A stretch of DNA of 64,000 bases, taken from assembly GCA_963707025.1 (NCBI GenBank), contig CAVPOM010000015.1, positions 128,001-192,000 of the forward strand. Reading direction: 5' to 3'. The position numbers were made by a program, and so were the translations under genes. Position 1 is the first letter of the stretch. Each line of letters starts with the position of its first letter. Shown piece by piece: positions 17,398 through 26,056 of this stretch. This DNA comes from an uncultured Verrucomicrobiae bacterium (GTDB lineage Bacteria; Verrucomicrobiota; Verrucomicrobiia; Limisphaerales; Palsa-1400). The notes beneath the pieces were generated by a model. It had not been told where the DNA came from and ran no database searches. It worked only from the letters and a program-made list of their open reading frames with translations.

Positions 17398-19713
17398 TTA
17401 TTGGGCCTTTTTGCCGCCGGCCGGTTCGGCCTGGGCCGGGCCGGCGGGGCCTTCGGCCAGGGCGTGTTTGACGGCGCGGAGCAGGTCCTGGCTGGTGAAG
17501 GGCTTCTGCAGGTAGGGATCCTCCTCCTCCACCTTGTTGGACCGGACATAGCCGCTGCACCACAAGATGCGGGTGCGGGGCGCGATCTGGCGGATGTGCT
17601 CGGTCAATTCCCGCCCGCTCATGTTGGGCATGACCAGGTCAACCAGGACCAGATCAATCGAGTCCTTCCAGTGGGCAAAGAGCTCCAGGGCCTTGGCCCC
17701 GCTGTTGGCCGTCAGCACGGTGTAGCCGAAAGAGGAAAGCACCATCTGCCCCATGGTCAACAACAGATCCTCGTCGTCCACCATCAGGATGGTCTGCGCG
17801 CCGCGCAATTCGGCCAGGGTGAGCGGGGCTTCCCGCACGATTTTGTCGTTGGCCGGCAGATAAACGCGCACGGCGGCGCCCGCGCCGGGCCGGTTGGAAA
17901 CGGCCACCCCGCCGCCGTGATTGGTCACGATGCCGTAAACCCAGGCCAGTCCCAGCCCGCGATGCTGGCTGCCCTTGGTGGTGAAAAACGGCTCAAAGAC
18001 ATGCGGCATGACTTCCTCCGAAATCCCCTCCCCGTTGTCGGAAACCTCCAGGCAGACATAATTGCCCGCGTTTAATTTGGCCGTGCCTTCCTCCATCGCC
18101 TGGGTCAATTCCACATTGCGCGTCTCCACCGTGATCTTGCCGTCGCTCTTGATGGCTTCGACGGCGTTTTCCAGGATGCGGACCAGGGCCTGCTGCATTT
18201 TGGCCTCGTCGAAATTGACGGTGAACAGCTTGCGTTCCAATTGCCGGAAAATGGGGACGGGATGGGGCAGGGAATTCTGCAACGCCTCCACCGTCCGCTC
18301 CAGCAAGGTGTTGAGGTTGCCGGCGGTTTGCACCCGCGCGTCCTTGTCCTGCAGACTGAAGGAAGCCAGGTCGCCGGCCACTTCGGCCGCTTTGTCAGCC
18401 GATTTTTCGATTTCGACCAGCGAGCTGCGCCAGGGATGGCCCGGCTCGGCCTTGCTTAAGAGCAGGGAGGTGTGCCCCAGGATGCTGGTCAGGGCGTTGT
18501 TGAAATCCAGCGCCACTGATCGCGCCAGTTGCAGGGCGCAGTCCAGCTTTTGCCGCTGCACCAAATGGGCCTCCAACCCCGCCGGGCTGGCCGCGCTCCC
18601 CGGCGCGGCCGGGGCCGGTTCCTTGAGCAATTGGAGCAGGCAAACATCGTCCGGCGGCAGGCAGGTCAACTGCACCAGAAAGGTCGCCGGCAGGCCGCTC
18701 TTGAGCCGGAACTTGAGGCGGGGCAGCAGGGTGGGCGCGGGCAACGCCAGAAATTGCACCAGCGAATCCTGGTTTTCCTGGGACCAGATGGTTCCGAGCT
18801 TGGCGTCCGGCTTTTCGATGGTGGCGCCGAAGGCCCGCACCGCGGCGCGATTGGCCCGGACCACCTGGCCGTTCTTGCGCAGCAGAAAGGCCGGCCAATC
18901 GGCCTCCTGCAACAGAAAATCGCCCTCCGTTTTGACCGGCGCGGCCGCCCCCGCAACTCCGGCCGGCGCGGCGGCCGCCCCGGCGGCGCTCTCCTTAAAA
19001 AACTGCCACAAGATCCATTTGCTTTGCGCCGCCGCACATATTTGCGCATGAAAGGACATGATCGTGCCGCTTTCCGCCCGCAACTGGACGGGCAGCCCTT
19101 CGCCCTGCGCCGGCTCGGCCAGAAACTTTTCCGGGGCCGCCGCGTTCTCCGCCGCCCAGATACCCCCCAAAGGCGCGCCCTTGCGCGCGGCGGCTCCAAA
19201 AACGCGCGCCGCGGCGGGATTGGCCCGGACGATCGCACCGGCCTTGTCCACCACCAGCGCCGGCCAGTCGGCGTTGGTCAGGGCAAAGGGCACTTCCATC
19301 GCCTCGAGAAACGTCGCGGGCGGCGAGCCGGCCGATTCCCGCGGGCGCAGCGGGGAGGTTTCCGACGCGCCGGGAGCCGGGCCGCCGAACAATTGCAAAA
19401 GATAGTAATTCCGGCCTTCGCGGGAGAGTTTGGTGACGCGGGACTGAAAGCGCCCTTTTTGTCCGCCGAGGCAGGTGAGCTTCATTTCGCCCGGTTTGCC
19501 CGCCGCCTCCTGGTCGGCCAGAAAGCGGTCCAGCTTAATGCCATTGCTCCCGTCGCCGTCATCCAGGAGGGCGGACAGTGAAGCGACCCCTTGGACGGCG
19601 GTTCCAAAAAGCTGGCAGGCGGCACGATTGGCCCGGCAAATGGCGCCGCTTTCCTCCAGGAGCAATGCCGGCCATCCCGCTTTTTCCAGGACAAAGTCGG
19701 TCTGTCGTCTCAT
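17398..19713 (-). CDS. Hybrid sensor kinase-like protein (3 PAS-like repeats, HisKA lacking His, HATPase, receiver)
   Basis: Repeated WPA.L....G...RAN.AA...FG; H-box SVALDFNN; DNGEG, FEPFFTTK, GLGL; receiver VDDE...DLVMP...KPF. Confidence 0.9.
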   Translation of the reverse strand: MRRQTDFVLEKAGWPALLLEESGAICRANRAACQLFGTAVQGVASLSALLDDGDGSNGIKLDRFLADQEAAGKPGEMKLTCLGGQKGRFQSRVTKLSREGRNYYLLQLFGGPAPGASETSPLRPRESAGSPPATFLEAMEVPFALTNADWPALVVDKAGAIVRANPAAARVFGAAARKGAPLGGIWAAENAAAPEKFLAEPAQGEGLPVQLRAESGTIMSFHAQICAAAQSKWILWQFFKESAAGAAAAPAGVAGAAAPVKTEGDFLLQEADWPAFLLRKNGQVVRANRAAVRAFGATIEKPDAKLGTIWSQENQDSLVQFLALPAPTLLPRLKFRLKSGLPATFLVQLTCLPPDDVCLLQLLKEPAPAAPGSAASPAGLEAHLVQRQKLDCALQLARSVALDFNNALTSILGHTSLLLSKAEPGHPWRSSLVEIEKSADKAAEVAGDLASFSLQDKDARVQTAGNLNTLLERTVEALQNSLPHPVPIFRQLERKLFTVNFDEAKMQQALVRILENAVEAIKSDGKITVETRNVELTQAMEEGTAKLNAGNYVCLEVSDNGEGISEEVMPHVFEPFFTTKGSQHRGLGLAWVYGIVTNHGGGVAVSNRPGAGAAVRVYLPANDKIVREAPLTLAELRGAQTILMVDDEDLLLTMGQMVLSSFGYTVLTANSGAKALELFAHWKDSIDLVLVDLVMPNMSGRELTEHIRQIAPRTRILWCSGYVRSNKVEEEDPYLQKPFTSQDLLRAVKHALAEGPAGPAQAEPAGGKKAQ

Positions 19714-19812
19714 CAGCCAGAATCAATACCCTGTTTTCCTGTTCCTCTCAAACTAAATTGAGCGGCTTGGAAATAAGTCAGGATTGGGGATCAGAATCAG
19801 GATTAACGCGCG

Positions 19813-19925
19813 GGTGGAGCGGGCGGCCCGCCCTGCCGCCGGGCCGCCGCCCCTGCGGCAGATAACCTGCCACCATTCTGTAAAAAAACGCGTCTGACGG
19901 CAGGATGCCGCCCCCCGTTCCAGCC
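19813..19925. repeat. REP-like inverted pair between the divergent kinase and glgP genes
   Basis: ggtggagcgggcggcccgccctgccg ... gacggcaggatgccgccccccgttccagcc. Confidence 0.35.
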
Positions 19926-20033
19926 AAGCGTGGCGCTGTCAGATGGGTCCGGGTTTGCTTTGAGCTGCGCTTTGCGCTTGCGTGGGACGGGCCAGGGCGT
20001 AATTTCACGGGCGTTGAATTCTAATTTGCAGAT

Positions 20034-22267
20034 ATGAGCGCCACGCCATTAACAACGTCAGAAATCACGGAAATCATTGCCGGCTTGAACCGCTTGGCGC
20101 GGAATTTGTGGTGGACCTGGAACCAGGGGCCCCAGGAAGTATTCGCCGAGCTTTCGCCGCGCTGCTGGCAGAATCTCTACCATAACGCGGTGGCCGTGCT
20201 GCGGGAAGTCTCCGATTACGAACTGCGCATGCGGCTGCAGGACGTGGAATTCGCGCGCCGGGTGCGGCTGGTGCTGCGCGATTTCGAGGCCTATCTGCGC
20301 GACCAGCAGACCTGGGGGCGGCAAAACGCGCCGGAACTGATCAAGAATCCGGTGGCGTATTTTTCGGCTGAATTCGGTTTTCACGAGACGCTGCCCATCG
20401 CGGCGGGCGGTCTGGGGATTTTGGCGGGGGACCACGCCAAGTCGGCCAGCGACCTGGACCTTGGTTTTGCCGGAATCAGCCTCTTTTATCGGGAGGGTTA
20501 CTTTCAGCAGGTGATCAACCAGGACAACTGGCAGACCGAACATTACACTCTGCTCCACCCGCGGGACCTGCCGCTGGAACCGGTGCTGGACAGCAAAGGC
20601 GAGCCGCTGGTCTGCGTGGTGGACATTGACTTGACGGAGGTTTTCTTCCACGCCTGGAAGGTCAATGTGGGGCGCACCGTGGTTTATTTGCTGGACTCCA
20701 ACCGCCCGGAAAACCCGGAGCATCACCGGGACCTGACGCGGCGGGTCTATGGCGGGGACAACGCCATGCGGATCATGCAGGAGGTGCTGCTGGGAGTCGG
20801 CGGGGTGCGGCTCTTGCGCGCCTTGGGCGTGCAGCCGCGGGTCTTTCACATGAACGAAGGGCACGCCGCCTTCCTCACGCTGGAGTTGATCCGGGAAAAA
20901 CTGGCCGCGGGCCTGACCTTCGCGCAGGCGGCGGCCAAAACCAGGGAGCAGTGCATTTTCACCACCCATACCCCGGTGGAGGCGGGCCACGACCGCTTCG
21001 GCCGGGACCTCATGGCCTACTCCCTGATGAAAATCATGGGCCAGTTGGGAATTCCGCTCGAAGAAATGATGGCGCTGGGACGGGTGGACCCCAAGAACCA
21101 GAGCGAACCGTTCTGCATGACCGTGCTGGGCTTGAAACACTCCCGCGCCGCCAACGCAGTGAGCCAACTCCACGGCGAAGTCAGCCGGCGCATGTGGCAC
21201 GGCCTCTGGCCCGGCAAGAAAGTGGAGGAAGTGCCCATCGGCCATATCACCAACGGCATCCATTTGATGGGCTGGATGAAAGGGCCGGTGCGCCGCTTCT
21301 GGCAGCGCAAACTTTCCGGCGCCGCCGCCCCTCCCACCTCCGGGCCGAGGCCGGCGACACCACGGCCTTCTGGCGGCGCGTTCACGGCATGGGGATGGAG
21401 CAGGAAGTCAATTCGGCGGAATTCTGGAAAAAAATCGCCGATCCGGCTTTCATTTCCGACGAGGAGCTCTGGGCCTTGCGCTTCAAGCTGCGGCGCGAAC
21501 TGATCGAATTCGCCCGCCGCCGCCTCCTCATCCAGGGCCAGCGCCTGGCGCAAGCGGATTTCATCGCCTTCGATCAATTGCTCAATCCCGACGCCCTTAC
21601 CATCGGTTTTGCCCGGCGTTTTGCCACCTACAAGCGGGCCCCGCTGATTTTCGACCACTTTGAAAGCATCGTCAAACTGGCCCACGACCGGCAGCGCCCC
21701 GTGCAGTTTATTTATTCCGGCAAGGCCCATCCGCGCGACGACGACGGCAAGCGCTTCATCCAGCGCATCATTCATTTGAGCAAGTTCAGCGAGCTGAAAG
21801 GGCACTTGGTCTTTATTGAGAATTATGACGTCCACGTCGCCCGCCAAATGGTTTCCGGCTGCGACGTTTGGCTCAACAATCCCCGCCGCCCCCTGGAGGC
21901 CTCCGGCACCAGCGGCCAAAAGGCCGGCTGCCACGGCTGCCTGAATCTGAGCATCATGGACGGCTGGTGGCGGGAAGCCTTCGACGGCACCAATGGTTTT
22001 GCCATCGGCGACGATTCCCATCCCGACTCCATCGAGGAGCAGGACCGCCGGGACAGCGCCAACCTGTATCAGGCCCTGACGGAGCAAGTGATCCCGGCCT
22101 TCTTCAACCGGGACGAGAGCGGCATTCCGCGCCGCTGGGTGGCGATGATGCGGCGGGCCATGGTCACGCTCGTCCCCACATACAACACCTGGCGCATGGT
22201 CCAGGAATACACCGCCAAGTACTACTTGCCGCTGGCCGCGCGCTCTTCGCGGGCGTCCATCAAGTAA
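20034..22267 (+). CDS. glgP: Alpha-glucan (glycogen) phosphorylase; apparent frameshift near 21345
   Basis: YFSAEFG, GGLGILAGD, HMNEGH, ITNGIH in the first frame; ARRFATYKR, GKAHP, EASGTSGQK in the second frame. Confidence 0.93.
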
Positions 22268-23193
22268 TCAAGGTAAAAACACAGCCGCGGCTTTAATTCG
22301 GTTCGCGACACAATGGCGTCAATCAAACCATGCTCCAACAGGAATTCGGCGGTTTGAAAACCGGGCGGCAATTCCGCCTGCGTCGTGTCTTTGATCACCC
22401 GCGGCCCGGCAAAACCGATCATGGCCCCTGGCTCCGCCAAAATCAAATCGCCCACCGTGGCAAAACTGGCCATGACCCCGGCCATGGTCGGGTCGGTCAA
22501 CAAACTGATGTAAGGCAGCTTGCTTTTGGCGTAATACGCCAGCGCCCCGCAGGTCTTGGCCATTTGCATGAGGCTGAACATGCCCTCATACATGCGCGCC
22601 CCGCCGCTGGTGGAAATGATGATGAGCGGCAGGCACCGCGCCGTGGCTGATTCGATCAGCCGGGTCAGCCTTTCCCCCACCACCGAACCCATCGAGCCGC
22701 CCAAAAAACCAAAATCCATCACCCCCAATGCCACCCGATGCCGCCCGATCCGCCCGATCCCGGTGCAGACCGCATCCTTCAGGCCGGTGGATTTCTGATA
22801 CTGGTCCAGCTTGGCCGTGTAGGAGGATGGCCCCGTAAAATTCAGCACGTCCACACTTTCCATCGAAGCGTCGTTCTCCTCAAACGAGCAGGTCTCCACC
22901 AGCGTGTGAATCCGTTCGCGCGCGGAAATGGGGAAATGGAAGCCGCATTTCGGGCAAACCTTCAGGTTCGTGTCCAACTCCTTGTCGTAAATCATGCTCG
23001 AGCACTTTTTGCATTTGGTCCAGATGCCTTCCGGAATGTCCCGTTTGCGCGATTTCGCGCTGCTCAGCTTGGGCTTCTTGGCGAAGGTCGTGGGCGCCTC
23101 GCCCGCGGGGTGGGCCACCGCCGGCTCCGGCGTCTCGATGCCGAGGGTCTTGCGGACAAATGACGTCGTGTTCATCTTCGGAACGTGTTCCAT
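22222..23193 (-). CDS. accD: Acetyl-CoA carboxylase carboxyltransferase beta subunit
   Basis: WTKCKKC...CPKC zinc finger, GGSMGSVVGE, SGGARMYEG, GFAGPRVI; start uncertain (23193 or 23175). Confidence 0.95.
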   Translation of the reverse strand: MEHVPKMNTTSFVRKTLGIETPEPAVAHPAGEAPTTFAKKPKLSSAKSRKRDIPEGIWTKCKKCSSMIYDKELDTNLKVCPKCGFHFPISARERIHTLVETCSFEENDASMESVDVLNFTGPSSYTAKLDQYQKSTGLKDAVCTGIGRIGRHRVALGVMDFGFLGGSMGSVVGERLTRLIESATARCLPLIIISTSGGARMYEGMFSLMQMAKTCGALAYYAKSKLPYISLLTDPTMAGVMASFATVGDLILAEPGAMIGFAGPRVIKDTTQAELPPGFQTAEFLLEHGLIDAIVSRTELKPRLCFYLDYLMDAREERAASGK

Positions 23194-23279
23194 GCAAGGA
23201 ATTCTTTCATTGATCTTGACCGATACCAGGACATAGCCGTCACAACGCGGCCTGAGATTAACGGCGCCGGCCCAAGCCG

Positions 23280-24056
23280 TCAAGTCCCGTGTCCCGCCGC
23301 CGCCCGTGCCACTGTCCAAACACAGACCTCCCCCGCCCCGGCCCTGCGCAAGGCCTGGGCGCAGGCGTTGCTGGTCGCCCCGGTGGTCAGGACATCATCC
23401 AGCAGCACGATTTTTTCGCCAGTCAATTTTTTCCCGCCGCAAAACGCGAAGGCCTGGTGGACATTGGCCGCGCGTTGTTCGCGCGTGAGCTTGGTCTGGG
23501 TCATGGTGGGTCTGACACGCCGGAGCAGCCCGGCGTTCACCGGGATGTTCACGGCGCGCCCCAGCCGGGCGGCCAGGCGCTCCGCCTGGTTGAATTCGCG
23601 CTCGCGTTTTTTCACCGCATACAGCGGCACCGGCACGATGAAATCCCAGGCTTCCGCCGCCAGGGCGGGCGCGGCGCAGGCAATGAGCAGGCCGGCCAAA
23701 AACGGCTCAAACCAGAGCGACCGGCTGTATTTATAGCGATGGATCACGTCGAGCATCATGGCGTTGGCCACCACGGCGGAGCGCGCCCAGCGATAATGCA
23801 AAGTGACCTCCCGGCAGTTGGCGCATTGGAACGGATGACTCATTTCCCCCTCGAAGGGCAGCCCGCACCGCTCGCAAAACGGCGCCGTGACAAACCTCAC
23901 CCCGCCCCGGCAGGCCGGGCCGACGCAACCTTGCGCCGCCTCCGCCCGCTCCTCTCCGCAAATCTGGCAGACGGGCGGATAAAACCAATTCAGCACCGCG
24001 TCCAGGGCGGTTTTCCAGGAGATTGCAATCGCGGTTGTCGCTGGTGCGTCACTCAT
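23280..24056 (-). CDS. comF: ComF family protein (zinc ribbon plus PRTase)
   Basis: Multiple CxxC, VPVPL...EREFNQA, LLDDVLTTGAT. Confidence 0.9.
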   Translation of the reverse strand: MSDAPATTAIAISWKTALDAVLNWFYPPVCQICGEERAEAAQGCVGPACRGGVRFVTAPFCERCGLPFEGEMSHPFQCANCREVTLHYRWARSAVVANAMMLDVIHRYKYSRSLWFEPFLAGLLIACAAPALAAEAWDFIVPVPLYAVKKREREFNQAERLAARLGRAVNIPVNAGLLRRVRPTMTQTKLTREQRAANVHQAFAFCGGKKLTGEKIVLLDDVLTTGATSNACAQALRRAGAGEVCVWTVARAAAGHGT

Positions 24057-24074
24057 GGATGGACCGGGAAAGCC

Positions 24075-24167
24075 AGGGCGGGCACTCCGCTGCCCGCCGT
24101 CGGGCTTTGCCAGAGCACCAATGCCGCAGTACCGTCAAGCGGCGGGCAGAGGGCTGCCCGCCCTACC
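24075..24167. repeat. GTAG-type REP doublet (REPIN-like)
   Basis: agggcgggcactccgctgcccgccg ... cggcgggcagagggctgcccgccctacc inverted pair; a related copy is at 59972. Confidence 0.7.
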
Positions 24168-24192
24168 ATTCGAGACTGACGCATTTTACGTG

Positions 24193-25113
24193 TCATAATC
24201 CTCTCCTGGAATTCGCGCCGGACGCCGGTGGCCCGGCGCGCCACACCCCCGCCAGCACCACCGCCAGGAGGCAGAACGGCAGCCAGCCGTCAATCAACTT
24301 GTCACTGCCCCAGATCGGACGCCAGGCGCCCGGCACCTCCCGCGTCAGCGACCGGTAAGCGGTCAGCCAAAAAATCCAGCCCGCATGAAGCCCGATGGAC
24401 ATGAACAACGTCCCCGTGCGCTGATAAGCCAGCGCCAGAATCGCCCCCGCCAGCAGCAGCGTAAAAAAAGCCGGCGCCAGCCCGGGTTCGCCGAGGGGAA
24501 CGCGGAACAACTCCGGCAACAGCCGGATTCCGGAGAGCCAGTCAATCGGCTGCGGCGTCGGGGCCTTTTGCAAAAAATGGACCGAGGCATAAACCGCGCT
24601 GCTCACCGCCAGGGCCGCCGGCCACGCCAGGGCTTTTCGCAAAATCCCAAACACCGCCCCGCGAAAAATCAATTCCTCCAAAATGGCGACCACGATGGCC
24701 GTCACCGTTGCGCCCGCCAAAATATGAAACATCTCCGCCTGGCTGTGCGACAAATTGGCCGTCCGTCCTCCGCACAGAATCGCCAGCCCTGCCGCGCCGG
24801 CGAGCGACCCGAAGCCGATGCCAAATCCCGCCGCCAAATTCCCCCCTGGCCGTCCGCGCTTCCCCAGCCCCATCTCCCGCGCACTGAGCATCCCGCACCC
24901 CCGCAACAGCGGCCAAAGCCCAATCACCGCCAGCCCCAGGATGGCGCGGAGAACGAAGCGGGAGAAAGGATTCTTAGCCAGCCCGTCCAGAGCCGTCCAA
25001 TGCCGCGCTCCCCATTGAGTGAGCTGATAAAGCCAGGGAGCGAGCAACGCTCCGCCGCCAAACACCGCCGCCAAATAAACCGCCAGCAAACAAATCGGCC
25101 GCATCGCCCCCAA
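24193..25113 (-). CDS. CPBP (CAAX/Abi) family intramembrane metalloprotease
   Basis: EELIFRG, YASVHF, SIGLHAGW; many TM segments. Confidence 0.9.
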   Translation of the reverse strand: MGAMRPICLLAVYLAAVFGGGALLAPWLYQLTQWGARHWTALDGLAKNPFSRFVLRAILGLAVIGLWPLLRGCGMLSAREMGLGKRGRPGGNLAAGFGIGFGSLAGAAGLAILCGGRTANLSHSQAEMFHILAGATVTAIVVAILEELIFRGAVFGILRKALAWPAALAVSSAVYASVHFLQKAPTPQPIDWLSGIRLLPELFRVPLGEPGLAPAFFTLLLAGAILALAYQRTGTLFMSIGLHAGWIFWLTAYRSLTREVPGAWRPIWGSDKLIDGWLPFCLLAVVLAGVWRAGPPASGANSRRGL

Positions 25114-25170
25114 TTATCAAACCCCTCCCCATTCCTGCCAAGTATATAATCAAGGGTGAGGTTGGAAAAG

Positions 25171-25473
25171 TCAAAGTGCCCCGCCGCCACTCTCCTTCCA
25201 GATCCTGTAGCCCTCCAATTCCTCGGGCGTGACTATGGTCGTGGTGATTAGCACGGGCTTCTCCTCAAGGAAACCGGCTTCCAGCAGCGGTACATGGCCG
25301 ATGCCGAATCCGTCAGGGTCGTCCAGAAACACGTTGAGCGTGTCGCCGCCCTCGATGTAATCCAACAGCGCCCGCACCGGAACCCGTGTGCCGGCAAAGC
25401 ACGGCTCGCCACTCATGATTTCCGGGTCCGCCACCACAATGAGCTTCTTCGTTATGTCTGTAGTTAAACCCAC
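25171..25473 (-). pseudogene. Chimeric ORF: DUF433 antitoxin N-terminus fused to an unrelated C-terminus
   Basis: DPEIMSGEPCFAGTRVPVRALLDYIEGGDTL..FLDD, then an abrupt switch to GIGHVPL...EELEGYRIWKE. Confidence 0.55.
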
Positions 25474-25553
25474 CCTGGCCCCAATGACAACCCCTCAATT
25501 CCAGCCAGGCTGCTCCCGCCTCGCCAAATCTCTCACGCCTCTCCTGCAAGCCG

Positions 25554-26017
25554 CCATTTATCATTTATCATTTTGCATCTATAATTCTCCCCAAGGGGGC
25601 TTGACAAAAATTAGAACCTATGGTTGAATCGTCCGCGTGAGGCACGTAGGAACAATCCAGGGCAGCGTCCTGGAGGATGCGCCCGGCGCAGGCGTGGAAG
25701 GCGCGGCGTGGCGGAGCCGCCTCCAAGGCGAAAATGGAGGATGGAGGATCGAGAATGGAAAAGCGGCATTTTTGCCAAACGATCCAAAACATTTAAAATT
25801 CTGCCAAATTAGTGTACTTATATGATCCATGCATTGCAACAGCGTCTTTTTCTGCGCCTTTTGAGCATTTTTGTGGCAAATCAACCCAAGTGCCTTCCCA
25901 TGAAGCATTTACACCCAAAAACCAGCTTTTCCAATCAAGCCCAATCAAGCCTAATCAAGGCATTTTTTTGAACCACCGTGCCCATCACTCCATCACTCCA
26001 ATACTCCACCACTCCAT
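25554..26017. repeat. Cluster of short degenerate tandem repeats (7-, 8- and 10-bp periods)
   Basis: catttat x4; atggagg x3; ccaatcaagc x3 (25931-25960); ccatcact x4 (25982-26017). Confidence 0.7.
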
Positions 26018-26056
26018 TAGACTTTCCCTGTTTGGCGGACCAAAATCAGTCCCAAA

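Noticed and set aside
23194..23319. Extended N-termini in the ORF track (accD; likewise LysR, gspF, rplM, mdtB, HAD, Calx-beta)
   Set aside because: Extensions overlap neighbouring genes or promoters; downstream starts match family N-termini
25554..26017. Possible CRISPR array
   Set aside because: Repeats are 7-10 bp and contiguous, with no spacers and no cas genes
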